A stretch of 58,515 nucleotides of DNA from a virus (taxonomy: Duplodnaviria; Caudoviricetes), in the IMG/VR virus record IMGVR_UViG_3300026105_000002, positions 1 to 58,515 of that record; one strand, given 5' to 3'. Shown one piece after another: positions 42,615-52,080 of the stretch. Position 1 is the stretch's first letter; every line of letters begins with the position of its first letter. A program made the translations under genes and the position numbers. The notes under the pieces are model-generated. The model ran no database searches and was not told the origin of the DNA. It saw only the letters and a program-made list of their open reading frames with translations.

Positions 42615-45600
42615 TATCTACCGCTTCCTAACATTAATCCTAGCGCAAAACCCACAACGTCTTCATCGTATTTGCCTGTTTCATAGTCTAAACCTATATA
42701 TTTAGGATTACTAAAGACTCCTTGCATCAATGTAGTTGACACTTCTGAATTTATGTCAGAAAACAACACAAAATCTGAATATGTTTTTTGTGTATAGCTT
42801 TCTGGTGTTTCATTCTTAAAGTTTATAAATCTCTCATTTGAACCGTATAAGCTTGTGCTTGATGCGCGAGGAAATTCGGTGTCATCACCAATTGCTCGAT
42901 CAAACGCCCAGGCATGCTCAAGGGCAGAAATGTCGGCATTATTAGTTTGAGCAGCATGCCATAGCTCGTGTATGCCCACATCAAAAATAGACGGCGACTC
43001 ACCGTTCAAAGATTTAGTGTTTAATACGGTGTAGTGACCTCCTGGGCTGTAGTGGCCTCTTGTATTGCCTACGCCAACTCTTAAAGGGATGTCTCTAGAA
43101 AAGACGGACTCAATTACATTTTTTGGAATGAAAGACAAAATTTCGTTAAATTGCTCTTCATATTTTCTTTGCACGGCACGCTCATTTGCAGCATCTCTAT
43201 TTTTAGCTTTTCTCGGCCCCGTAAATACTAACTTTCCATCGTCAACTAGTTGCTTTGCTGTAAAACCACCAAACTCAACTCCGCTGTTTTGTAGCTCTTC
43301 TTTGATTAAATTTTTTCTCAGAGTTTGTAGTTCTCGAAGAGAAGCATTTTTTTCTTCTCTAAGCTCCCTCAAGGTTTCTCTCTCCGCATTTACAGTGTCG
43401 GCATATTTTTTAGTTGCTTCTTTAAAATTAGCGTACACCTCCCCTAATTCCGAATAACCTTCAAAATTTCCAGATTCGAATTCTCTATTTAACTTCCTTG
43501 CTTCTGCAACATCTTCAATTGAGTTTAAAACTTCCGCTTTTTTATCGCTATAGGCATCAAGAGCCACGCCTCGATCTTTTATTGCTTCAAACTGAAGTTC
43601 ATCAAATTCTTTTTTTGCTTCTACTTCTCTACCTGCAATGTTGTTGTGCTGAGAAATTTTTTGAACGTATTCCTCGTTAGAAAAAACTCTTTGAGCGACT
43701 TGCGAACCTTCTTCAGTAAGTTCGTTTTTTAAGTCTCTAGCTTGAGGAGTTGGCTTCAAGGCAGCTTTTTCAGAACGAGAACCTGACTCTGTTTTAATAA
43801 AGTTTTCAGTCTCTGTCACACCAGAAGAAACTATGCTTATATATTCTTCTGACTGTCCTGGCGATTTTCCTACAAATTTGTTAGCTAAAGAACTATTACT
43901 GACGCTTACGGCTCCTGACTGTACTCCCGATCGAGTAGTAGTCTCGGGAGAAGTTTCGCTTCCGCCGCGTCCGCCTAGTGGAGGTAGGTCATCTGGCTCA
44001 GAGCCGTCTGGTCCTGGATTTTCGCTCGGCCCGTCTTCACCTTCGTCAGGGTCAAAAATATCTTTGTAAACCGCGAGGTCAATGTTGTATCGCTCGGCCC
44101 TGCGTTCTACTAGATCTTCACCCTCTACCCTGCCCGTATAGTTGGTTAGAGGAGTATCGTCATCAGTTGGCTCCATGTATTTAGTAGCAAGAATATTTAC
44201 TTCGGTTCCATCTTCAAAACGAACTCGAACGGTGTCGTGATAGTCATTAGGCCCTGAGTTAGGGTTCAGTGCGCTAACAATACCAACAGACTCATCGCCT
44301 TCGTTGTTTGTGTAACGAACACGCATTCCCGGAGTAATACGGGTGTTCCCGTCTTTAGCGGAGTATGGGATTCTGCCTAAGTTGTTTATATCAAAACGAC
44401 CGTTTTTAATTGCTCTTTCAAGATTATTAGCAAGCGTAGCTCGTCTTTGACCTTCCCCTGTACCATTATACCTGTCTGAAGTCTGACTTCTAAGGATTTT
44501 AATCATTTCGGCGCGCGCTGCTTGGTTGTCCGGAAGCCTTCCTAAAACAGAAATTAGCCTCTGAGTAAAAGCATCACTATCATCCGCATTTACCGCATCC
44601 CAAAAAGAAGGAATTTCATCTTGCAACTGCGTGAGTAGCGGGAGGCCGGTCTCAGGATTAGTAGAGATGTTTAGCTTTTGAGCCCTTCCCTCTAGATACT
44701 TAGTAATTAATTCTTCCTGAGTGAGAAGCTTCATGTTTGGGTTGTTTAAGTCAGCGTTGTTGGCTCTTCCGCGAAAAAACTTAATTCTATCTTGAAGAGT
44801 CTTATCATCTCCAAAATACCGAGCTGTTTGAGTAGTCATTGAGCCTGGTATGGCACGACCTAAGAGTTGATCACGGAAAACTACTATACCGTTAGTCTTA
44901 CCGTGGAGCGATGCATAAGAATCTTTGTAATCGTAGTGGTAGAATTCTTGCTTTTCACCCGTTTCAGAATTCGTAAACGTGTACCGCTCCAAGAACCCGT
45001 TACCGTATGTCTTGGCAACAGCAATTTCATAATCATACTCTGTGCCATCATTGTCCGTAAATTTTTTACGCTCAACGATAATCTCGCCGCGGTCGTTGAT
45101 TTTTGCTTCGGGGTAGTCTTCAAGAAGTTGTTGAATTATCGCGTCAGGGTTCGTAATTGTTTTATATTTAGGTCTGCCCTTTTTATCTTCGCCTACCTGA
45201 ATCCTAAGGGCTTTCCCGGTTTCTGGGTCAATTAAAGGTTTTACTTTAGTTTTATTTAACTCTTCACGAGTTTTAGTGGAGGGGTTGATCTCTCCGCCAT
45301 CATCTTCTCTACCTTCTTCTCGAGCTCTAGCAAGAAAAGTTTCTTGTGTAGCACGCTCTGGGTAGGGCTCTCTAGTGCGTCGACTTTTTCGACGAGGTGG
45401 CTTAGGCGTGGGGGTAGGTTCTGGATCGGGAGTAGGCTCTGGAGTAGGCTCTGGCGTTGGCGGCTCGGGCTCACCCTTCCTTCCCTGAATAACATCCATT
45501 TCCTGAGATTGACGAACATTAAAACGTCTTTCTTGCCCATTACTGTCTGTAATGTCAACGTCAAAAGTTTTTAATCCATCTTTGTCAGGACCAGGTGTGA

Positions 45601-46726
45601 CAGACTTAACGACTGCCTCTTCCCCGGAAGGGAGTTTAAGAATATCATTTTCTTCTAGTTCAGGCGGAAATTTAATGGCGGTGGTTTCTTCAGGCTCTTG
45701 CAGGAAGTCATCAACATCTTTAGTTGGACCACCATAAAGTATTGCTTCTTCTACATAAGCATCAACAGGGTCTTTGTCTAGATTAATTTCGCCAGACTCT
45801 TCTACTGACTTCTCATTTAATTCTTCTTTAATGCTTGCTTTTGCTGCCTCTATGCGATCGGCCTCTGCTTGATCAAACATCAAACTAGAAATTTCTTTTT
45901 TTGTGAATCCTAGATCTTCAGCTTCTTGAGAAGTAAGTTTTCTGCCAAGAGCTGCCTCTACTTTTCTTCTATTTCTGTCGCGTTGATTCTCCATTGCTTG
46001 CTCTGTTGGAGAAGGCCCGCCATCTATAAGCTGCCTGGTATTTTGAGCATCAAATAAGGCTTTACTACCTGCCTCATCAAGTTTGTTTGGGTCATCAATT
46101 AAATCAGTTACATCTGTTTTTTCGGGGTCAAACTCGTCTGGGTCAATTCCAGACTCACGAAGCATTTCACGAGCTTCGTCTTGGTTAAGCGACTCGAAGC
46201 CGCCAGGAAGTTCTGCAAGTGGTGACTCTTCTCTACCTGCCTGCTCTGCTTCTTGCTCTTCTTCGGTCAACTCACCGCGAGCAAGACGCTCGTCGTTTTC
46301 AGTGATGTCTTGACGAGTAGCTTTAAATTCTTCTAGTGAAGGAAGGTCTGCATCAGATATTGAGCGCTGATTACCAAAGTCGTCCTCATATTCAAGGTCA
46401 AGACCACGTTCTTCAAGAAATTCCTCTGGTAGTTTTGCTTTAAAAGTGTCTAAGTTGTGCGACTGAACAGTGTATACACCATCTTCTACACCAGATTCGT
46501 CTCTAACCAAGACTCGTGCCTCGCCTGGTCGTCCTGTAGGACCAACATAACGTCCAGCAATAGATTTGAGGTCGCCTTTTAGGTTTCGAAACATTGACTT
46601 AACAGCGGCCCCCATGATAATCCAACGACCCCTTCTGTCACGAGGCTGGATTCTCCAAAAGCCCTTGTTGGCTCCGTCGTTTACTCCAATAAATGCAACA
46701 AGAGCTTTCAAGTCGTCAGAGTTCAT
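42614..46726 (-). CDS. Large head-region protein: shared N-terminal domain, SH3-like modules and a C-terminal HExxH metallopeptidase-like domain
   Basis: GANKGFWRIQPRDRRGRW; PEPTP linker; RGHY...IHELWH...EH...YTQKTY...SEVST. Confidence 0.7.
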   Translation of the reverse strand: MNSDDLKALVAFIGVNDGANKGFWRIQPRDRRGRWIIMGAAVKSMFRNLKGDLKSIAGRYVGPTGRPGEARVLVRDESGVEDGVYTVQSHNLDTFKAKLPEEFLEERGLDLEYEDDFGNQRSISDADLPSLEEFKATRQDITENDERLARGELTEEEQEAEQAGREESPLAELPGGFESLNQDEAREMLRESGIDPDEFDPEKTDVTDLIDDPNKLDEAGSKALFDAQNTRQLIDGGPSPTEQAMENQRDRNRRKVEAALGRKLTSQEAEDLGFTKKEISSLMFDQAEADRIEAAKASIKEELNEKSVEESGEINLDKDPVDAYVEEAILYGGPTKDVDDFLQEPEETTAIKFPPELEENDILKLPSGEEAVVKSVTPGPDKDGLKTFDVDITDSNGQERRFNVRQSQEMDVIQGRKGEPEPPTPEPTPEPTPDPEPTPTPKPPRRKSRRTREPYPERATQETFLARAREEGREDDGGEINPSTKTREELNKTKVKPLIDPETGKALRIQVGEDKKGRPKYKTITNPDAIIQQLLEDYPEAKINDRGEIIVERKKFTDNDGTEYDYEIAVAKTYGNGFLERYTFTNSETGEKQEFYHYDYKDSYASLHGKTNGIVVFRDQLLGRAIPGSMTTQTARYFGDDKTLQDRIKFFRGRANNADLNNPNMKLLTQEELITKYLEGRAQKLNISTNPETGLPLLTQLQDEIPSFWDAVNADDSDAFTQRLISVLGRLPDNQAARAEMIKILRSQTSDRYNGTGEGQRRATLANNLERAIKNGRFDINNLGRIPYSAKDGNTRITPGMRVRYTNNEGDESVGIVSALNPNSGPNDYHDTVRVRFEDGTEVNILATKYMEPTDDDTPLTNYTGRVEGEDLVERRAERYNIDLAVYKDIFDPDEGEDGPSENPGPDGSEPDDLPPLGGRGGSETSPETTTRSGVQSGAVSVSNSSLANKFVGKSPGQSEEYISIVSSGVTETENFIKTESGSRSEKAALKPTPQARDLKNELTEEGSQVAQRVFSNEEYVQKISQHNNIAGREVEAKKEFDELQFEAIKDRGVALDAYSDKKAEVLNSIEDVAEARKLNREFESGNFEGYSELGEVYANFKEATKKYADTVNAERETLRELREEKNASLRELQTLRKNLIKEELQNSGVEFGGFTAKQLVDDGKLVFTGPRKAKNRDAANERAVQRKYEEQFNEILSFIPKNVIESVFSRDIPLRVGVGNTRGHYSPGGHYTVLNTKSLNGESPSIFDVGIHELWHAAQTNNADISALEHAWAFDRAIGDDTEFPRASSTSLYGSNERFINFKNETPESYTQKTYSDFVLFSDINSEVSTTLMQGVFSNPKYIGLDYETGKYDEDVVGFALGLMLGSGR

Positions 46727-46731
46727 TAGTA

Positions 46732-46740
46732 ATTATATCC
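46732..46740 (-). promoter_or_regulatory. Putative -10 element giving a leaderless mRNA
   Basis: GGA-TATAAT 5 nt upstream of ATG 46726; a second GGG-TAAAAT at 46765-46773. Confidence 0.5.
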
Positions 46741-46782
46741 TTACGCGTAAATAGGACTACCTAAATTTTACCCTAAGGCTAT

Positions 46783-47283
46783 TTAGTCGAGTTTGGAAAG
46801 TATTTCTGTGGCAAAAGACGCAACGAAAGGTTTTAGATTTCCATTAGCTAAAACTGTTTGCAATCTAACTGTTGCATGTAGTTTTTGGTATTGATCTCCA
46901 CCGGGAGTTAAGGCAGCTGTTATAACTTCCTTAGCGGAGTCTTCGATTGATGAATCTCCTAGCAACCAATCTACAGACTCTTCCGTGTCAAAACCACTAA
47001 AGTGAGGATGACCAGCAGGTAGTAGCTGACTATATCTTGGGTAAAACTCAGCAGACGCATTTACTCCTTGAGTCGAGTACTCTAAAAAGCCGTGGAGATC
47101 CCACTCCAAAGCATTAGCAACGTCTTCTTCATGCTCAAGATAGGAGTATGTATCAACTGCAGATGCTAAAACGGCTTTTAAAGTTTCTAGGTTAACTTTT
47201 CTAGATTCCGCAACTTTAGAATTAAATTTGTCTGCAACTTCTTCGACATGCTCTATGGCAAGGTAGTCTTCCCAGTTACTCAT
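46783..47283 (-). CDS. Hypothetical protein
   Basis: Likely start MSNWEDYL at 47283, overlapping the upstream stop; QLLPAGHP echoes DLLPSAH in the upstream protein. Confidence 0.65.
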   Translation of the reverse strand: MSNWEDYLAIEHVEEVADKFNSKVAESRKVNLETLKAVLASAVDTYSYLEHEEDVANALEWDLHGFLEYSTQGVNASAEFYPRYSQLLPAGHPHFSGFDTEESVDWLLGDSSIEDSAKEVITAALTPGGDQYQKLHATVRLQTVLANGNLKPFVASFATEILSKLD

Positions 47284-49198
47284 CTTCTCTCTCTTTCGGA
47301 AGTAGGTCAGCATCAGGACTTTCATACAAAGCGGCAGCTAGAAGTGCAGCCCTGTTGAACGGGTCCTCATTATTGGCCAGTCCTCGTAGCCAAGCTGCCC
47401 TAAAGCTAGGAAGGGCTTCGTAGCCTAAGCCAGCAAACTCAGTTATTGAAAAAATAGCATGCTCGTCAGAAGCATATTCTTTTCTCGAAAGCAGTCTTAC
47501 CTCTAGTTGGTCCTCTAGATACGCACTAGCGGCAATAGAATTGCTCTTCTTTGTAGAACGCTTATGGGCCGAAGGAAGCAGGTCGTTATCTTGAACATAC
47601 TTCTTGTTCTTCGGGTTTCCGTTTCGCAGTAAATATAGGAAAGCGTTTACTCTAGCCATTGACCACGAGTTTCTGTTTTGGTCTGGACGATGTGAAGTTG
47701 AGAAAGCGCCAGCACCACGACGGTAAACAGCTTTTAGAGTGCGAAGATTTGTTTTCTTGCTCTTTGCATCTCCGTGCTTTTCGTTGTGCTCTTCTACCTT
47801 ATTCTCTAAAGCCTTAGTTACTCTTTTAGAAAAGTTAATCTTTTTACCGCCCGAAGCAGAACCTTTTTTATTCTTCTTAGAGCCCTTACGGCGCTCGCTA
47901 GGTTCAGCTGGCTTGGAGCCTGCTGTTGCAGTTACGGTTTCGTCAGTTACGGGTCCGCCAGCTGCCCATGCGTTACAAGTTCTTTCAGACGCGCACTTGA
48001 AATCAAGAGCGTTGCAGTATCCAACTTCTCCAGCCGCGATTGAACCTTCTGCACCTTCACCGTCTGTTCCAATGCCTTCTTCAATACAATTTAGCATTTC
48101 GGTAGTGCGAACAAAGAATATGCAATTTCCGCAGACAGCAGTTTTTGCTTCTTCTGGTTCAATGTCCCATCGGTCAGCTTTGTCTTCCCAGAACTCCTCG
48201 TTTGGTTCGGCTGGGTTTAGCGGTCCGTACCCCACGTTGTCAATCGCGTTTTGACGGTTTTTTAGGTTTAATTCAACATCTTGAGTTGCGGGTGGACAGT
48301 TTTCTGCAGCGGCTGCAGTAATAACTGGGCCTCGGTAAACTCTTGCCTCTATGCCCTCCATGCCGTCCATAAGACGAACCGCACAACGGTGATGACCGTC
48401 AACAAGCTTTTTGCCTTCTGAATCAATATAGACAATTACTGGCTTGTTGTACTTTTTTGTGTCTTTAAAGTTTTCTGTCTTAACAACTTCTTGAGTCGGA
48501 ATAAGGTCTTTTATTTCAAGATAGGTTTCTTGATACTCGCCCTTCATTTCCTTAATTTTCTCTTTTAGCTCATATTGCTCAAGTTTAGGAGATTTCTCAA
48601 AAAGCTCTTTTACGGGTTTTTCGCCTTTATCTTGTTCTACTACTCCATCTGGGATAACAGCCAATCTGCAAAGTCCGCCTTCTTCGGTAGTTGCCTCTAC
48701 AATCTTGCAACCGTTAGGAGCGTCCCAAAAAATGCAACTTCCGCACTTAACGCCAAAATCTTTGTTATCGTTTTCTGCAGCAGGAGTGTAGCCAGCCCAA
48801 ACGCCCGTGTCATCAGCATTGAACTTGCCATGCTTTTTAGTTATTTTAAGTAGAGCTTTAGCAAACTCTTGCTCTTCAGGAATTAGATATCCTGCAGCTA
48901 CCAAAGCTTCTTTTGATTCTTGTTGATTCTTTTCTGTAATATGTGAAGATGCTTCGTTGGCTGGTACGCAGTTGGGGACCTCTTTGCCGTCTTTCATCTT
49001 CATACCAATTTGAACATATCCGTCCCAACAGGGGTTATCTGATGCAGCTTCGTTGTCGTGAGCGTCGTCACGCATAAGAGTTCCGTCAGGCATATAGTGG
49101 TAGCCTTCAGGAGCTTCTTTTTCGCCTGCTTTTAGATTCTCAGCAGGGGCAGCATGGCCACCAGAAGCTTTAATAATTTTTTCTACGTAGTCAGACAT
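47276..49198 (-). CDS. Multimodule head-region protein (CWxGY motif, HiPIP-like Cys cluster, ParB/Srx-like domain, Cys-rich domain, basic C-terminal domain)
   Basis: PCWDGYVQIG..VPNCVP; KCGSCIFW..GCKIV..GLCR; LIPTQ...VDGHHR; CPPATQD...CGNC...FKCASERTCNAW; KAVYRRGAGAFSTSHRP. Confidence 0.65.
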   Translation of the reverse strand: MSDYVEKIIKASGGHAAPAENLKAGEKEAPEGYHYMPDGTLMRDDAHDNEAASDNPCWDGYVQIGMKMKDGKEVPNCVPANEASSHITEKNQQESKEALVAAGYLIPEEQEFAKALLKITKKHGKFNADDTGVWAGYTPAAENDNKDFGVKCGSCIFWDAPNGCKIVEATTEEGGLCRLAVIPDGVVEQDKGEKPVKELFEKSPKLEQYELKEKIKEMKGEYQETYLEIKDLIPTQEVVKTENFKDTKKYNKPVIVYIDSEGKKLVDGHHRCAVRLMDGMEGIEARVYRGPVITAAAAENCPPATQDVELNLKNRQNAIDNVGYGPLNPAEPNEEFWEDKADRWDIEPEEAKTAVCGNCIFFVRTTEMLNCIEEGIGTDGEGAEGSIAAGEVGYCNALDFKCASERTCNAWAAGGPVTDETVTATAGSKPAEPSERRKGSKKNKKGSASGGKKINFSKRVTKALENKVEEHNEKHGDAKSKKTNLRTLKAVYRRGAGAFSTSHRPDQNRNSWSMARVNAFLYLLRNGNPKNKKYVQDNDLLPSAHKRSTKKSNSIAASAYLEDQLEVRLLSRKEYASDEHAIFSITEFAGLGYEALPSFRAAWLRGLANNEDPFNRAALLAAALYESPDADLLPKEREDE

Positions 49199-49656
49199 TA
49201 CCTAATCCCCATTGACGCTTTTAGTTGCCAGTTCCATTTGTTGTGCATATCTATTCTACCGCCTACAAAATCAACCAATCCTTGCTCGTTGCATTGATCA
49301 GCTTTTTTAATTAAGGTGTAGTAGCAATCAATGGTTTTTTGGTTAGCTCTTTGTAAAGACTCGATCATAGCCGCAACGCCATTAGAGCCAGTGAGCCTAG
49401 GCTCGTCGATACATGTTAGGTCTGTAAAATCTCCCAGCAGGTAAGGGGAGTCATAGCCTAATTTAAGAATGCTCTCTGCAAGAGGGTCTACAGAAGCATC
49501 AAGGTCTTCATAGATTTCTTCGAAGAAGTCATGGTATTGAGAGAACTCTATTCCCATAACATTCCAGTGATACCCGTGAGCAAGTGATCGTAGTACTACT
49601 ACGTCACCTAATTGATGTGCGGTTTGTTCAGCTAGTTCTTTTGTGTTATCGTGCAT
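49198..49656 (-). CDS. dps: Dps/ferritin-like protein
   Basis: HGYHWNVMG..F..YHDFFEEIYE..DPLAE ferroxidase signature; ends KWNWQL. Confidence 0.88.
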   Translation of the reverse strand: MHDNTKELAEQTAHQLGDVVVLRSLAHGYHWNVMGIEFSQYHDFFEEIYEDLDASVDPLAESILKLGYDSPYLLGDFTDLTCIDEPRLTGSNGVAAMIESLQRANQKTIDCYYTLIKKADQCNEQGLVDFVGGRIDMHNKWNWQLKASMGIR

Positions 49657-51410
49657 TATTCCTCAGGTTCGGCTAGTCCGGGTGGTGCTTGCTGCGGCTC
49701 GGTGGGGGTTGCCTCTCCTCCGCCTCCGGAAGCCTGGTTTAGAAGATCATCAATTTCATCTGGAATTGGAGCGCCTGTAGCTTCTTGAGCTTGCTCTCTG
49801 GCTTGGCCCATAATATTAGGTGCTACAACAGACAGCAATGCCTCTGTCTGTTCAGGTGTTAGCGAGCCCTTTTGAATTAGCAAACGTAAGCTTAGCTCTG
49901 TTGGGTCTGGAGCATCTTGATCCGAGAAGCCGTGAGCGCGACGCCAAGTGTTGTAGCTAACAGCCATCTTTTCGAATCCTGAATCAGCGTCAGTTGCTCG
50001 GTCGTTACGAGTTGCAACCTGGCTTGGGTCATACCAAACGCAAAGTCTTTCAACTTCTTGCTCCGAGTAACCGTTGGCAATTAGGTATGGACGCAGATAC
50101 ATAACTGTAAGCGCATCAACAATCAAAAGCATCAGTGGCTCAATGTGTGCCTTATAAAGGCTCTCGTCGATTTGTAGGGCATTTGAGTACTTAACGTTGG
50201 CAAGACCTGAAACAACGTCTTTAGGGACATCTAGGCCCTGCATAATGCGTTCTAGGACTCTTTCTGAACGCTCAGCTAGCGCAGGGTCAAATGAGCGCTC
50301 AAACTTAAATTGTTTGATTTTGTCACCAAGCTCTCCTGGACCACGAATGATAAGTGGAACAACGGCGCTCGCAGAGTCCTCATCCTTAATCGGAGTGGTC
50401 ATAGCGTCGATTAACTGATCTTCAAAGTCGTCTGCAGCCTCTTCTGGGCTGTACTGCTCGTTGAACTCTCCATCTTCGTCATATGGGTAGTCTGGGTCAG
50501 GCCCTGCTGCAACGGACAGGCCGTCTGGCAAGTAAAGAGCACCAGCGTTCAAACGTGAACGAGCGGTGGCACGGAAGGTGCGGTTCAAAAGCAGTAGCTC
50601 TGCGCAAAGGTCTAGCAAACCACGTAGCGAGGAGTCTGACTCCTGAGTGTAGCGTGGGTGTGCTCGCCAAATACGACCAACAAATGCATCTTTAGGGAGC
50701 CGGATGTTGTCGCTACTACCAACTGACATCTGTGAGGCTCCGCCTGTGCCACCAAAGTCACGGCGAGGAATAATTACGTAATTTCCACGCTGGTCAACTT
50801 GTAATTCGTCAACTGAACGAATATCCCAGCTTTCTGGCAGCCCAGAACCGATACGCTCTGGCACTTGCGCTAGATAGCACTCACCGGTAACCTGCAAGTT
50901 CAAAGCTGCGTCTTTTAGTAGGCCTGGCTGTCCACCATAAGCAGAGCTCAGGCGGTCAAGTGCACGCTCTGCCGCAGCTGCCAATCGAGGGTCAATTGCC
51001 TCAGAATTACGAACAGGGTTAGGCGCTTCAGCTGGGTTATCAACAACTGCAGCGTAAAGACGGATGCGGGACACAACGGATGCAACTAAGTTGAATGCGT
51101 ATTTGATTTCACCAATTGCGTCGTAATATTCCCATGCTTCTGTTTGCCATGCAGTCGACGCTGACTGCCGGCGAGCCTTAAAGTACTCTGCTTCAGTCTT
51201 ATCGTCTAGTTTTACCTGTGCAGCAGCCGCAGTTAGCGGACGCGCTTGATTAAAAGCTGCCGGCTCTGCATAAACAATGCCAAAAGAGTCTATAGACACT
51301 CCAGGAGCGATGCTAGTAGCGTTTTTAGGGGCAGATGCGCGTGGTCCGACCTGCCTACGTTGCTGCTGAGACTCGTTTACTGTCTTCGAATCTTTTTTAA
51401 AAATACCCAA
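49656..51410 (-). CDS. Portal protein
   Basis: WQTEAWEYYDAIGEI, VTGECY, RIWRAHPR, RSRLNAGAL, SAVVPLII, GLDVP; downstream of the terminase. Confidence 0.85.
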   Translation of the reverse strand: MGIFKKDSKTVNESQQQRRQVGPRASAPKNATSIAPGVSIDSFGIVYAEPAAFNQARPLTAAAAQVKLDDKTEAEYFKARRQSASTAWQTEAWEYYDAIGEIKYAFNLVASVVSRIRLYAAVVDNPAEAPNPVRNSEAIDPRLAAAAERALDRLSSAYGGQPGLLKDAALNLQVTGECYLAQVPERIGSGLPESWDIRSVDELQVDQRGNYVIIPRRDFGGTGGASQMSVGSSDNIRLPKDAFVGRIWRAHPRYTQESDSSLRGLLDLCAELLLLNRTFRATARSRLNAGALYLPDGLSVAAGPDPDYPYDEDGEFNEQYSPEEAADDFEDQLIDAMTTPIKDEDSASAVVPLIIRGPGELGDKIKQFKFERSFDPALAERSERVLERIMQGLDVPKDVVSGLANVKYSNALQIDESLYKAHIEPLMLLIVDALTVMYLRPYLIANGYSEQEVERLCVWYDPSQVATRNDRATDADSGFEKMAVSYNTWRRAHGFSDQDAPDPTELSLRLLIQKGSLTPEQTEALLSVVAPNIMGQAREQAQEATGAPIPDEIDDLLNQASGGGGEATPTEPQQAPPGLAEPEE

Positions 51411-51425
51411 GGGGGCTCCCTGTCT

Positions 51426-51716
51426 CTACCGACTGGTTTGGTCGGAAATTAGTCCAATTACTGCAGATATAGACAAAAACAATGATACCATAACAAGCCA
51501 ATCTGGCACTAGGAACCAAAAAACGCTAAAAACAAGCGCAACCCAAAAACCAGAGCACCAGTTACAAGTGAATAAATACCCGAAATAGGTGTCTGGAGGC
51601 CATTTTGCCCAAATTTTGTCTCTTAGCGGCTGAGTGACCACATCAGTCGTAACAAGCAAAGTCACTCTATAGGCCGCTAAGGCCAAAAGTATTAAAGTTA
51701 GGGCATCTGGGGTCAT
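51426..51716 (-). CDS. DUF1360-like membrane protein
   Basis: LAAYRVTLLVTTD...PLR...LFTCNWCSGFWVA, hydrophobic. Confidence 0.75.
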   Translation of the reverse strand: MTPDALTLILLALAAYRVTLLVTTDVVTQPLRDKIWAKWPPDTYFGYLFTCNWCSGFWVALVFSVFWFLVPDWLVMVSLFLSISAVIGLISDQTSR

Positions 51717-51717
51717 T

Positions 51718-52080
51718 TTAGTCCTTCATTGACATAATTGTCTTATATGGGTTCCAACCGCGAAGACGCGATCCGCAGCCGCAACCCGTGTCTTTCTTAA
51801 ATGCTAACATTTTTCCGGATGCAGTCAAAATTCTACTATCTTCGGTCGATTTCTCAGATATGTAGCTTTCGTCGTATTTTTCTTGAAAAACGATTTTTGG
51901 GCCATCAGAGGCATCTTTTGCCACAATTACATGAGTTTCGGTCAAAATTACCCTAGTTATCTCTAAATAGCTTGCTTCCGGGTTCGGCTCGTAACTACGC
52001 AATATTTCAATATCTTCAAAAGTATCGGGCCCGACGGCCGCTAAATGACACGGGAAGCGATCTAGCACTATTTTTGTCAT
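51718..52080 (-). CDS. Hypothetical protein (GCGCGS motif)
   Basis: Coupled to the terminase stop. Confidence 0.65.
   Translation of the reverse strand: MTKIVLDRFPCHLAAVGPDTFEDIEILRSYEPNPEASYLEITRVILTETHVIVAKDASDGPKIVFQEKYDESYISEKSTEDSRILTASGKMLAFKKDTGCGCGSRLRGWNPYKTIMSMKD

Noticed and set aside
47284-47325. Start at 47325 for the 180-aa ORF
   Set aside because: ATG at 47283 gives a typical short overlap with the upstream stop.
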